Shown: in pieces, positions 8,569-18,153 of the stretch
How the letters are laid out: each line of letters begins with the position of its first letter
How positions within the stretch are numbered: the first letter of the stretch is position 1
Source of the DNA: a virus
Lineage: Duplodnaviria > Heunggongvirae > Uroviricota > Caudoviricetes
Strand: one strand, 5' to 3'
DNA: 34,559 nucleotides
IMG/VR virus record: IMGVR_UViG_2693429748_000009
The notes under the pieces: model-generated
Database searches by the model: none
What the model was told of the DNA's origin: nothing
What the model saw: only the letters and a program-made list of their open reading frames with translations
Position numbers and translations under genes: made by a program

Positions 8569-9639
8569 GCCGTTCTGGTTTTTCTGTAATGCGCCAGAAG
8601 CCTGATTTACCGTTTCCTGTAAACCGAGGTATTCGATAACGGCGGCAACGGTCGATTTCGCAAGAATATCCCGCCCGACTTTTGTCAGGGTTGCCAGGCT
8701 GGCGACATCATTCCCCGTAAAATACGGAAACCTGTCTGCCGCAGTAGTAAGTCCGGCCAGCGCCGTCAGGGTGGCATCTTTCGGTTGCTTACCCGCAAGC
8801 GCGTTAGTCATGGTGGTCGCAAAATTCGGGTCGTTGCCCAGCGCCGCCGCCAGCTCGTTCAGTGTGTTCAGTGCATCAGGCGAAGAGTCTACAAGTGCGG
8901 CAATCGCAGCCATAACGAAAGCCGTGCTTGCGATTTGGGTATTATTCGTTCCCTGTCGCGCAGTTGGTGTTGTTGGCGTTCCGGTCAGTGCCGGGCTGTT
9001 TAATGGGGCTTTCTTGTTCGTTTCATCCATTACTGCCTTAACGGCTTTTGGTGTCGCTGCCAGCGTTTCAGACGTGCTGTTGGTGGCGTTGCTGAGCTGG
9101 ACAAGGCCTTTTGCGGTCAGCGAGGCGTCCGGGTGACGTCGTGACTGTTCATGCTCTTTCAGTTTGTCATCCACGTAATTCACTGTGGCCATCACCATGG
9201 TGTTATCCACGGTAAGCGCCACAGTGGCAGTGCTGGATACGGTCAGAATGGTGCGAAATGTTTGTGCACGTCCGGATCCTTCGGCAACGGTTGGCTTGTA
9301 ACTTTCGGCAGTATTGCCTACCGCGATCAAATCGCCGTGCTCATCAAACACACCAATTTCCCGGATCCAGAATCCGCCCGTTTCAGGAGGAATAACCAGC
9401 TCCGCAATAATGTGGTTCTGATGTGTTGCGTCCAGGGTGACGCGATTAACGGTATGTCGCCACACCTCATGCACAAGACGGGTCTGCTTACTGTCTGGCG
9501 TGGGTAAAGTACCGCCGCCGTCACCCACGGCCATATGTGTCAGGCGGACAGGTTTCCCATCTGGCGCGGTTGCCTGCGCTAATTTTTTTGCACCCGTATC
9601 GGTGATAATGGTTTTAAATTTTCGTGTTGTGGTACTCAT
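8569..9639 (-). CDS. P2 gpH-like tail fibre, N-terminal and shared part; 3' end lost in the gap
   Basis: MSTTTRKFKTIITDTGAKKL... with repeated LTAKG/SATNSTSETLAATPKAVK-type motifs. Sits after gpI/gpJ as in P2. The ORF-track residues beyond the gap are artefact. Confidence 0.8.
8614..8639. other. gix/pix-like 26-bp crossover site inside the P2-like H gene
   Basis: TTCCTGTAAACCGAGGTATTCGATAA on the plus strand; codes ...[11 protein letters not shown] on the minus strand. Confidence 0.6.
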
Positions 9640-9641
9640 GC

Positions 9642-10172
9642 TTAATCGTCCGGATAAATGGTAATGACTTCACCGTCGTAAGTTGCTGCTGCCGCGAAAA
9701 TATCTCCCTGAATCTCCTGAATGATATTCAGCCCTGTCATGTGGCGGCTGACCGGGCGGGCATCAGCAATCAACCGCTCCATTTCCAGATACATTTCCTC
9801 CGTCACGCCACTGTCCAGCGTGCCAACATCAATCTTGAATGTTCCGGGTTCGCCGTTGAACTCCCACCACTCAGACACGCGAATGAGGTATCCCAGCGGC
9901 TCAATGGCCCGTCGCAGGGCGCTGATGGTTCCTTTGTGTCGGTGTATCAGCCATGCATCACGAATCACCTGTCGCTTTGTCTCTTCCGGCCAGTTGCGAT
10001 CCCAGCGGTCAACGGAAAACGCCCAGGCGAGATAAGGCAGCAGATGCACCGGGCAGGTGTCCGGCGACCACAGCGTGTTGAGGTCTGCCGGAATGTCTGT
10101 AATGCGTGTTCCGACGGCTTCGGCACAACGCATGAAATTGCTGGCTGATGGTGGTAACAGTGAATTACTCAT
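9642..10172 (-). CDS. Baseplate assembly protein (P2 gpI-like)
   Basis: Synteny plus motif LAWAFSVDRWD. Start chosen at MSNSLLPP. Confidence 0.75.
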   Translation of the reverse strand: MSNSLLPPSASNFMRCAEAVGTRITDIPADLNTLWSPDTCPVHLLPYLAWAFSVDRWDRNWPEETKRQVIRDAWLIHRHKGTISALRRAIEPLGYLIRVSEWWEFNGEPGTFKIDVGTLDSGVTEEMYLEMERLIADARPVSRHMTGLNIIQEIQGDIFAAAATYDGEVITIYPDD

Positions 10173-11061
10173 TACGCCCACCTTCGCTGATGGTGAATGA
10201 CTCACAGCGCGCCGCCTGTATGTCGCTGATGGCCATATTCTGTGTGGGTTCGATTATCTCCACGCGTTGCACACCGTGCACATGCAGTGCGGCAGCAATG
10301 GCGGACAACGCCACGTCCTGACCGATAAGCCCCTGCTCAGCCAGCCACTTCCTGAACGACGATTCAGCCGCAGCCAGAATAGGTTCGGATTCCGGACCGG
10401 GGTAAAAGTACAGTTTTGCATTCAGCCGCCATGTCACGATTCTGGCACTCTGTACGGTCAGGCGGTCGGCCACCGGGCGGGTATCCTCTGCATTCAGAAC
10501 GGCGCGAACGGTATTAAGCAACGCCTCCGTTGCTGTGCCGTCGCCCTCAGTGGACAGGATGGAAACCGTCACATTTGCCGGAGACGGACTGATGGCCCGC
10601 GCATCGCGCACCAGACCGCTGGCGCTGCGGGCAAAATACTCGTATGCGCCTGACGGGCCTGCAACACTCAGGCCGTCATACGCCCGCTGCGCCCGCAGTC
10701 TCAGCGAGGTGTCGTTCTCCATCACCACGTCGGTGGTATCCGTTGCCGGAGTGATAACCAGGCGCTTTGTGTTCATATTGCCCGCGAGGTTGTCCAGGTC
10801 TGTTCCGGCGCTGTGGCTCAACATGCAGGCGCGTGCGGCCTCATTGACCCGCTGGCGTAACAGCATTTCACGAAACGACATGGTTTGAGCGATAACGTTC
10901 AGGGGTTCCGATTCCAGTTCCAGTGCGGCGGAGACGACTTCACGCTGTTCGGCGGGATAAGCTGCAATCATCATGGCCTTTGTGTCAGCCAGAATTGCCT
11001 CAAAGTCAGGCTCCGCGATGATGGCGGGTTCCGGTAACTGGGAAAGGTCAACGGCAGGCAT
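10165..11061 (-). CDS. Baseplate assembly protein J (P2 gpJ-like)
   Basis: 298 aa, position between W and I. Confidence 0.75.
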   Translation of the reverse strand: MPAVDLSQLPEPAIIAEPDFEAILADTKAMMIAAYPAEQREVVSAALELESEPLNVIAQTMSFREMLLRQRVNEAARACMLSHSAGTDLDNLAGNMNTKRLVITPATDTTDVVMENDTSLRLRAQRAYDGLSVAGPSGAYEYFARSASGLVRDARAISPSPANVTVSILSTEGDGTATEALLNTVRAVLNAEDTRPVADRLTVQSARIVTWRLNAKLYFYPGPESEPILAAAESSFRKWLAEQGLIGQDVALSAIAAALHVHGVQRVEIIEPTQNMAISDIQAARCESFTISEGGRNE

Positions 11062-11064
11062 GAT

Positions 11065-11415
11065 TTACTCCCTCAGCGTGATGGTTAATTCAACATTCTG
11101 CATGGTCTGCATGACAGTGCCCGACAGCGTCACCCCGGCGTGGCCTCCTGCCTTCCAGACAACGTCGATGGCGTTCAGGGCAATGCGTGGTTCCCATCGT
11201 GTCAGTGCAATCACGGTAGCACTCATGCATTGCAGACGCGTGGTGTTATTCATGGGTTCGTCAATCAAATCAGGCACAAGGCTGCCATATTCCCGTCGCA
11301 TAACCCGGCTTGCCAGCGGGGTGGTCAGGATGTCCCTGACTGACTGTTTCAGGTGCGCCATATCGTTCAGGTTTCCCGTCCCGTCCGGGTTCATTCCTGT
11401 GTAGCGGGTTGTCAC
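11065..11415 (-). CDS. Baseplate protein W (P2 gpW / gp25-like)
   Basis: 116 aa, synteny. Confidence 0.7.
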   Translation of the reverse strand: MTTRYTGMNPDGTGNLNDMAHLKQSVRDILTTPLASRVMRREYGSLVPDLIDEPMNNTTRLQCMSATVIALTRWEPRIALNAIDVVWKAGGHAGVTLSGTVMQTMQNVELTITLRE

Positions 11416-11993
11416 TGCGGGCCTCCTGTCGAATCGCTGCCACCTTTAACGCCACCGTGCTTATGCGTATGCACTGTGATGCCGTTTGAGGTGAAATCGC
11501 CGCCGCTGTGCGTGATATTGCCGCTCATCGTTCCCCCTTTTGTGACGTCAAGCGTCGCTGTTCTCAGAAGGTCTGTGCATTCCACGACAGGCGTGTTCAG
11601 TGTCACGCTGATGGATGCCTGCAAAGTGGCCGTTTTCATGCCGCTTGCGCTCAGTGCGCCTGCGTCCGCGTCGTAGCGGAACACCGCGCCGTCCGGCGCG
11701 CTGACCACGATTTCTTTCAGGCTTTTGCCGGGTGCCGGAATGGCATCACTCCACAGGCTGCCGATTATCATGGCGGTTTCCGGGTTGCCGCCGATGCAGG
11801 CAATTGCCACCTGTTCGCCTGGTGATGGCGGAAACCACACGTTGAAGTCTCCCGCGCGCGTGGTGTTCCAGCGCAGCCAGCCTGTTTCCAGTTCGCCGCT
11901 GCGAACGCGCACGCACCAGGATTCCTCATCAACTTCAGAGATGATCCCGGTGCGGATGATATTGCTCAGCAGTCGCATGAGTTCTGCGCTCAT
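11412..11993 (-). CDS. Baseplate spike/assembly protein V (P2 gpV-like)
   Basis: 193 aa, synteny; glycine-rich C-terminus. Confidence 0.7.
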   Translation of the reverse strand: MSAELMRLLSNIIRTGIISEVDEESWCVRVRSGELETGWLRWNTTRAGDFNVWFPPSPGEQVAIACIGGNPETAMIIGSLWSDAIPAPGKSLKEIVVSAPDGAVFRYDADAGALSASGMKTATLQASISVTLNTPVVECTDLLRTATLDVTKGGTMSGNITHSGGDFTSNGITVHTHKHGGVKGGSDSTGGPQ

Positions 11994-12625
11994 CGTACAG
12001 CCTCCGCAATCCGGCCCAGCACCGTGTTATAAATCAGGCGCTCATCTGCCTGGCTGATACCCAGCAGCTCACGTACCGGGTAATCGGTGAAAATGCCCGG
12101 CGCAACCTGATCGCGCTCACCGAACTGATGAACGCGTGCAATACGTGCGGCCACGCCGCTGTAACCCACCGTCACACCGGAAGCATCTGCACGGGCTTTC
12201 AGGTAGCGGGCGGTGCGCAGTTTTACGAACATGGAGACGCGCCTGGTGCTGTCCTGGTTGATGCGCCGGGTGCGTATTTCCAGAAAACGGTCGATGTCAT
12301 CCCGGTAAAACGTGCGGATATTGTTTTTATCCTCATCCCACCCGGTGATGGTTCGCCCGTATTTCCCCGTGTCGTGATGCCAGTTTTTCAGCGTGCGTGC
12401 TTCGTTATTCCAGATAAAGCGAATGCGCTCCTGTATCCGGGTTACGCGGCGTCTGCGTGGTGTCCATGCGGTCCCGTCCGGCGCTTTCTGTGACCGGATA
12501 CGCGCCTGCTGGGCGCGGCGTAAATCCTGTGCCAGCTTTCTGGCGATGTTATTAATGGCCTGCTGATTCAGGCTGTCGCGGATAGCCTCAAAGGTTTCAT
12601 CCACGCGGGTGAATGCCTTATCCAT
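11990..12625 (-). CDS. Phage virion morphogenesis / tail completion protein (gpS-like)
   Basis: 211 aa, position between V and R. Confidence 0.6.
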   Translation of the reverse strand: MDKAFTRVDETFEAIRDSLNQQAINNIARKLAQDLRRAQQARIRSQKAPDGTAWTPRRRRVTRIQERIRFIWNNEARTLKNWHHDTGKYGRTITGWDEDKNNIRTFYRDDIDRFLEIRTRRINQDSTRRVSMFVKLRTARYLKARADASGVTVGYSGVAARIARVHQFGERDQVAPGIFTDYPVRELLGISQADERLIYNTVLGRIAEAVR

Positions 12626-13085
12626 CGCTTTCCCCCCACGTCACATCCTGGAATACATGCGACCAGTCGCCTTCGGAAGAGGGCAGGCGGGGTTTTGGCT
12701 CCGGCAGGTGTTCTGCCTGCGGTGTGCCCTGACTGCTGCGCGTGATGCGAACGCGTTCCCGCAGGGGGAGCGTAAACAGGAGATCGGCGCTGTCATCGTC
12801 ATTGATAACGGCGGAAAATTTGATGTCCTGATTACGCTCCGGATTGAGCAACAACTGTGGCTGATTTTCGGATAACCACGCCAGCAGCGGCAGCGTGAGG
12901 TCGTCCAGCTCTCCGGCGTAATCCATGACAAACATCACTATCTGATAGCGGTAAACAAACGATGGGGTTTCTCCGGTCGTTTCAATGTTGCCGCTCTCCA
13001 CGAAAATGGTGAATTTTTCCGGGTTGGCATGACACCACCGGCATGAACGGGTCATGGCTTCACGCAGGGAATCAGTTTTCAGCAT
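12618..13085 (-). CDS. Tail completion protein (P2 gpR-like)
   Basis: 155 aa, synteny. Confidence 0.65.
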   Translation of the reverse strand: MLKTDSLREAMTRSCRWCHANPEKFTIFVESGNIETTGETPSFVYRYQIVMFVMDYAGELDDLTLPLLAWLSENQPQLLLNPERNQDIKFSAVINDDDSADLLFTLPLRERVRITRSSQGTPQAEHLPEPKPRLPSSEGDWSHVFQDVTWGESDG

Positions 13086-13392
13086 GGTTGTTGTCCTCGT
13101 TGTTCAGTCGTTGCAGCCTGCGCTGTTCCAGTAATTCAATGGCCCGCTTATCGGCGTTACAGGTTTCCAGTGCGTCCATGAGGCTGTCGCTCCATATCCC
13201 GATGTTTCCCCATGATGGCGTCACCGGAAACGGCGGGGGAAGTACGGGGGCGGTCAGCCCTTCCGGGATGAAACGGAACGACGGCGGCGGCGCGGACGCG
13301 TTCTGCGTGCTGGTGCAACCGCTCAGTAAAGCGAGCGTCAGGAACAGCGCGGGCACATGCATCTGTCGTGATATCGTTGCGTAGCTGTTCAC
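13072..13392 (-). CDS. o-spanin (LysC/Rz1-like lipoprotein) embedded out of frame in the i-spanin gene
   Basis: Lipobox LLSGC after a hydrophobic signal; proline-rich mature part; overlaps 13157..13630 in another frame. Confidence 0.65.
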   Translation of the reverse strand: MNSYATISRQMHVPALFLTLALLSGCTSTQNASAPPPSFRFIPEGLTAPVLPPPFPVTPSWGNIGIWSDSLMDALETCNADKRAIELLEQRRLQRLNNEDNNHAEN

Positions 13393-13630
13393 GTCGGATT
13401 TCCCCTTCCTGTTGTCGGTTCTGGCGCGCTGTCATGACGTCACGCAGTACACCGGATGCGGTGCTGATGATGGTGCCGGCCTCTTTCAGGGTCCGGCTGT
13501 AATCGTCCAGTTGCGCCTGTGTATAACGGTTGTGTCCGTCTTCCTGCCCCAGTCTGAATGTCTGCCAGAGTGTTATGGTCAGCAGCGTGAGGACGGTCAG
13601 TGCCATCATCAGGATGTAACGCACTTTCAT
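13157..13630 (-). CDS. i-spanin (LysB/Rz-like)
   Basis: N-terminal transmembrane helix MKVRYILMMALTVLTLLTITLW, charged coiled-coil-like body, directly after the endolysin. Confidence 0.65.
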   Translation of the reverse strand: MKVRYILMMALTVLTLLTITLWQTFRLGQEDGHNRYTQAQLDDYSRTLKEAGTIISTASGVLRDVMTARQNRQQEGEIRREQLRNDITTDACARAVPDARFTERLHQHAERVRAAAVVPFHPGRADRPRTSPAVSGDAIMGKHRDMERQPHGRTGNL

Positions 13631-13715
13631 GACTGGCCTCCGGTGTCACGTAAGCACCATGCACGAAAATCAGTACGACGGTTAACCAGTCCCTGTGAGC
13701 GTTCGCCGCCGCTGT

Positions 13716-14171
13716 TCACGAAGTCAGTCTGTTGCACATGTCAGGCCAGTTGTGCGCCTGTGCATGTTTCCAGATAGTGGTGCGGTGGTAGTTACGGTTC
13801 TTATCCCTGAACCACATAAGATTTCTGCATCCAAGATTAAAGGCGGCATCTGTCATTGCCTCAAACGCGGACTGTGGCATGGCGTTGCCGCTGAAGTTCT
13901 GATTTATGCAGTTTTCTGCATGTTGCATATCATTAACCCAGCGCCCGGCGACTTCCGTTTCGGTGTACAGACGATTTTCCACATGCCCGGTCGAGCCGCA
14001 CCCCACGGTCATTACCCCGGCAATATCCCGGTAAGGCGTTGCGCGACAGTCCTCCCATGTGGCAATGCGGATTTGCGCTTCCGGGCTGGTCCGGAGTTTG
14101 TGAGGGGCAATGGAGAACCCCAGCGCCACAATGGCGGCTACGGCGTAACGTTTAACGGGCAGCTTTATCAT
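13716..14171 (-). CDS. Endolysin, phage lysozyme family (P2 gpK-like)
   Basis: 151 aa with WEDCRATPYRDIAGVMTVGCGST motif. Confidence 0.75.
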   Translation of the reverse strand: MIKLPVKRYAVAAIVALGFSIAPHKLRTSPEAQIRIATWEDCRATPYRDIAGVMTVGCGSTGHVENRLYTETEVAGRWVNDMQHAENCINQNFSGNAMPQSAFEAMTDAAFNLGCRNLMWFRDKNRNYHRTTIWKHAQAHNWPDMCNRLTS

Positions 14172-14454
14172 GTGTATCGTTATCCCGCAGAATGTTCAGA
14201 GCCTGACGCTCACTGTCGTGAAGTGGCCGTGCGTCTGACTGCGCCAGGATACTGGCGATGAGTTCATTGCGACGCTGCATGGCGGTTTCCATCAGGCGGC
14301 GATGTCGCCAGGCATGTAATGCAGACAGAGAACCGAGTAACAACCCGGCAAGGGCGATTTTTTCACTGATGGTCATCACGCCTATTGTGGTGGCTGTGAC
14401 TGATGCCCAGAAGGTGATCCAGTCACTCACCCGCAGAAAAAAACCTGTTACCAT
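14152..14454 (-). CDS. Holin (P2 gpY-like)
   Basis: About 100 aa with hydrophobic helices; start MVTGFF chosen inside the longer track ORF. Confidence 0.6.
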   Translation of the reverse strand: MVTGFFLRVSDWITFWASVTATTIGVMTISEKIALAGLLLGSLSALHAWRHRRLMETAMQRRNELIASILAQSDARPLHDSERQALNILRDNDTHDKAAR

Positions 14455-14645
14455 AGCTGTATCATCTCTCGTTGTTTTTTCTTCTCCGGCTCCGGCATTT
14501 CCACCTCCTGTCCGGCTTCCAGAAATACCTGTCGGCAGAGTCCGGGGTTGGCATCCAGCACCTTTTCGGTGACGCCCTGCGTCGTGCCGTAGTACCGGAA
14601 ACAGAGCGAATCCACGGTGTCGCCTTCCAGTGTCTTCACTTTCAT
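14448..14645 (-). CDS. Tail protein X (P2 gpX-like)
   Basis: MKVKTLEGDTVDSLCFRYYG...; start overlaps the gpL stop by 1 nt. Confidence 0.65.
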   Translation of the reverse strand: MKVKTLEGDTVDSLCFRYYGTTQGVTEKVLDANPGLCRQVFLEAGQEVEMPEPEKKKQREMIQLW

Positions 14646-15148
14646 CAGCACAACTCCGCAAAGATTCGCGGGCGGCACAGAATGTCAGAGATGGCCCAGC
14701 TCACATCGCGCCACAAATCCGATGTCTGTATATCCAGTGCGTCCGCCCGGCGGTCGCCCTTGTCCGTTGTGTCCGCATCGCGGTAACGCTCCAGAATCAG
14801 GGCGCGTGTGGCGGTATAAACAGCATTGCGCCAGTGCCAGAGATTGACGCTTTCTCCGTTAATTACAGGTGCCGGAACATCGGCCAGCGTCTGATGGCCA
14901 GCCGCCTGCTGTTCCTGCTGCCATGCTTCCAGCTCGCGGGTAACGTGTGCCACGGCCCCGGTGGCGGTATGCAGCAGGCGGGAGGTGGTCACGCGGCCCG
15001 GCAGTCGTACCGCCAGACGCAGCTCGCGCAGCACAATATCCGGCCAGAATGCACCCGCTGAAATACGGGTATCGCCATCTTCGGTGTCGGTGATGTCGTC
15101 CTCTGCGGGTCCGGGTTCAGTTCTGGCAACCATACTCATGGGGTTCAC
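14645..15148 (-). CDS. Head completion/stabilisation protein (P2 gpL-like)
   Basis: 167 aa, synteny. Confidence 0.7.
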   Translation of the reverse strand: MNPMSMVARTEPGPAEDDITDTEDGDTRISAGAFWPDIVLRELRLAVRLPGRVTTSRLLHTATGAVAHVTRELEAWQQEQQAAGHQTLADVPAPVINGESVNLWHWRNAVYTATRALILERYRDADTTDKGDRRADALDIQTSDLWRDVSWAISDILCRPRIFAELC

Positions 15149-15240
15149 TCCTGAAAAAATCGGGCGGTGGGTGCGCGGTGTAAACGGTCACGGAGCCAAA
15201 CCGGAACACCGCGCACGCCGCCCGCTGACGGGGTCAGTCG

Positions 15241-16041
15241 TTAACCGCGCTTCGCCTTCTGCGTCGCGGTGGTTTTTCGTGTTGCAGGCTTCCGCGTTGT
15301 CTTTTTACTTTCGCTGCTTTCGTCCTGCGCCTGCTGTGCGCTGGCGTCTTCTGGTGCGGCTGCGGAATCGGCTTTTTTCAGGGCGCGGGAAAGGGTTGCA
15401 ATCTCGCGTTTCACACCTGCGTTCTGGTTCAGATGCATCGCTTCGCGCAGCAGCTTCAGTGATGAGGCCATGCTGTCCGCATCGCTCAGGCCACGGCGGG
15501 CAAAGGCGCACGCCTTGCATAATTTGGCGCGCACTTCGTCCGGCATATCCTGGTTGGCGACAATTTCCCAAAGTGTGTCCAGTGGTTCGATAAAGACGGA
15601 CAAATCCGCGTCGGCATCCGTCCCGGCCTGCGTCAGTACCGGATTGCAGATTTCTTCGGTCAGCACTGTGGCAGCAGTACGGCCAAAGTTATCCGGCATG
15701 ATGAGGTTGTGACGGACCGCATACGCACCAATACGCAGCGCAAGCGGAAGATCGCCGCAGTCAATCGCCCACACCATCAGCGTGGCAATCACTTCGTCCT
15801 GTTGCCCGCCGTCAGCCTCCAGCGTTCCCTCAATCCAGCCGGAAAAGTCCGGCAACAACGCTTTTTTGATGTCGGCTTTCGCGCTTCTGGCCTGTACGCC
15901 CTTAAGCCGGGCCTGTGCCAGACGCAGACGATACAGCACCTCTTCATGCGCGGTACGCGCGGCGTGGTCCACACCTTCATTCGCCCGGCCTGCGCGCTGT
16001 GCCATCACGTTCTGCCAGTGTTGCTGTGCAGGAGTAATCAT
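15241..16041 (-). CDS. Terminase small/endonuclease subunit (P2 gpM-like)
   Basis: 266 aa with basic C-terminal tail, synteny. Confidence 0.7.
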   Translation of the reverse strand: MITPAQQHWQNVMAQRAGRANEGVDHAARTAHEEVLYRLRLAQARLKGVQARSAKADIKKALLPDFSGWIEGTLEADGGQQDEVIATLMVWAIDCGDLPLALRIGAYAVRHNLIMPDNFGRTAATVLTEEICNPVLTQAGTDADADLSVFIEPLDTLWEIVANQDMPDEVRAKLCKACAFARRGLSDADSMASSLKLLREAMHLNQNAGVKREIATLSRALKKADSAAAPEDASAQQAQDESSESKKTTRKPATRKTTATQKAKRG

Positions 16042-16086
16042 TTTTTCTCTCCGTTACAGGCGGGCATGATGCCCGCCGTGAGTTGA

Positions 16087-17139
16087 TTAGCTGTCGGCGA
16101 ACTTCAGGCCAGTGACCATCGCGCACTTGCCATAGTCTTCAACGACATAAGCGTCATTGATGGACTGGTAGGTGGCGATGCGGTTGTATTCCGGTTCGTC
16201 TTTCATCAGACGACGCATTGAACCTTTCTGCCAGTAAATCGACAGGTTGTTGAATGAGGTGATCAGCATCGTTGCATCCGGGAAGAACGGTGCAAGGAAC
16301 ACACCCAGCCCGCCAATGGTGCGCGATGACAGGATGAGCTGCCCGGCAAGTAATTCCGCATTGGGATTCTGGCCGCTGATGCTGTTCAGCACTGGCAGAC
16401 GCAGCGAGTTAAACAGGTTGCGCCCCATAATCACCACGAGGTCGTCAGCTTCCTTGTGCCATTCATCCAGCAGAGATGAGCGCGCGTCCTGTACCAGTGC
16501 ATCAGGGTTCGCGTATTTACCCGCGTGCGCCACGGTGTTGTCCATGTTGCGGGAAGTCAGCGTCACGTCATTCATTACGCGCTCGCTGGCATTGGTTCTG
16601 ATGTGCTCCAGCCACCCCACGTTAACGTCCTGAAGCAGCTTGTTGGTGCTGAAGTTGGACTCATCCGCGTGAGATGTGCCGTTGAAACCGATCATGATGC
16701 GGTCAAGTGCCACCTGTCGGGCAATCTGTGCGCTGATGCGGGACTGAAAATCGCTGTGTGCCGACCAGGCATCAAGCTGCGGATACGAAATAAACGTGTC
16801 GTAGTTCACCTGTTCGCACTGGTATTTGCGGTTTTTCAGATCAACCACGTTATTCGGGTTACGGCGTTTTGTTCCGTCATAACTGGTATTTGTGCGTGCA
16901 ATCGGTCCTGTGGTGTCCAGGAGGATTTTTTCGCCTTTCTGGTCGGTCACGCCGATCACGTTAATTTTTTTTGTAAGTTCGGTGCTATCCTTTGAGGCGT
17001 TTTCAAAACGTTGCTGCACCGCAGGTTCCACGGTAAATCGCGATACCAGTGCAGAAACCGGGATATTGTTAAGCGACGCCTGCTGCGCCATATAGCAACC
17101 CAGCTTGTTGCGGGTAATATCTGACATCACCAGATTCAT
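16087..17139 (-). CDS. Major capsid protein (P2 gpN-like)
   Basis: 350 aa, synteny. Confidence 0.8.
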   Translation of the reverse strand: MNLVMSDITRNKLGCYMAQQASLNNIPVSALVSRFTVEPAVQQRFENASKDSTELTKKINVIGVTDQKGEKILLDTTGPIARTNTSYDGTKRRNPNNVVDLKNRKYQCEQVNYDTFISYPQLDAWSAHSDFQSRISAQIARQVALDRIMIGFNGTSHADESNFSTNKLLQDVNVGWLEHIRTNASERVMNDVTLTSRNMDNTVAHAGKYANPDALVQDARSSLLDEWHKEADDLVVIMGRNLFNSLRLPVLNSISGQNPNAELLAGQLILSSRTIGGLGVFLAPFFPDATMLITSFNNLSIYWQKGSMRRLMKDEPEYNRIATYQSINDAYVVEDYGKCAMVTGLKFADS

Positions 17140-17162
17140 AAAAAATTTGCTCCTTTGTCTTA

Positions 17163-17999
17163 TCAGAAGTCAGCCAGCTGGTCGGAGGCTGCGCCCGTTG
17201 CGGTGAACCGGTTCTGCGGATCGCCGTCCTGCGTGCGCAGTTTTTCCTTCAGTGCTGTCAGCTCCGTGGTCAGTAAAGTGATTTTCTGGCTGTCCTGCTG
17301 ATGGCGTGTTTCCAGCGCATTAAAACGGTCGATAATGTCGGCCTGTGACGTTGCGACGCTTTCCACCGCTTCCTGAATACGGGAGAAACTGGCGTCATCC
17401 GCTTTGCGGCCACGACCAATAATCCCCATTACGCGGTTAAACCACTGGGTGCCTTCTTCCTGGCGTTGTTCTGCCATTTCGATGATTTCAGACTCGATGG
17501 CTTCGGAGATAAGCGGTGCTTCACCCTGGATACTGTTGAACGTCATCACCGCCTGACGTTGCTGTGCCGTGAATTTCAGGCGCTCAGTGCCCAGGCTTGC
17601 CGGGGTGTCGGTCATCGCCAGCCCGACCAGATAGGCGCGCCCGTTAACGGAGAACTGCGGGTGCAGTTCGATACTGGAATAGATTTTCTTGCCGTCCGCG
17701 ACAAGCTGCTTCATGCGCTCGGTCGGTTCGATTTCTGCATACAGCGCAGTACGTCCGGCCAGCGGACCTTCCGTAATGTCTTCCGTACTCAGTGCGGTGA
17801 CATCGCCCATTGCGGAAAATTCGCTTGACGGGCATGGCGAGAGATAGTGCTCAACGTTCACGCGGGCAGCGTAAACATCCGGGTTGAAGTTCTCGGCGGC
17901 TTCACGCAGATGCACCGGACTGATTTCACGGCCATCAACAGTTGATCCGGAGACAGCCACGCGAAACTTTTTGCGGGATGTCTTTTTTTCATTAGCCAT
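17163..17999 (-). CDS. Capsid scaffolding protein (P2 gpO-like)
   Basis: Start MANEKKTSRKKFRVAVSG preferred over the track start at 18032. Confidence 0.75.
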   Translation of the reverse strand: MANEKKTSRKKFRVAVSGSTVDGREISPVHLREAAENFNPDVYAARVNVEHYLSPCPSSEFSAMGDVTALSTEDITEGPLAGRTALYAEIEPTERMKQLVADGKKIYSSIELHPQFSVNGRAYLVGLAMTDTPASLGTERLKFTAQQRQAVMTFNSIQGEAPLISEAIESEIIEMAEQRQEEGTQWFNRVMGIIGRGRKADDASFSRIQEAVESVATSQADIIDRFNALETRHQQDSQKITLLTTELTALKEKLRTQDGDPQNRFTATGAASDQLADF

Positions 18000-18032
18000 A
18001 GTTTTTGCCCCTCTGACTGGTTCTTCAGTCAT

Positions 18033-18153
18033 GATGGCAAAGCGTAACAGGCTGATACAAAGGGCTTTTGTTGTAAGAAAACGGCCAGAACAGGGGGTTA
18101 AGGAGAACGGTTTCGCGCGCGGGTAATCTTCCTGTAATTACTCAGGGGGAGCA
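18033..18153. promoter_or_regulatory. Divergent late-promoter region between the O and P genes (expected site of Ogr/Delta-dependent promoters)
   Basis: Position only, by analogy with P2. I could not find a clean TGT-N12-ACA dyad by eye. Confidence 0.3.

Noticed and set aside
9151-16995. Many 60-to-210-aa ORFs overlapping the structural genes on the opposite strand or in other frames (for example 9624..10148, 10267..10653, 14961..15593, 16525..16995)
   Set aside because: High-GC prophage DNA gives long chance ORFs; each is fully embedded in a syntenic P2-like gene with a recognisable product.
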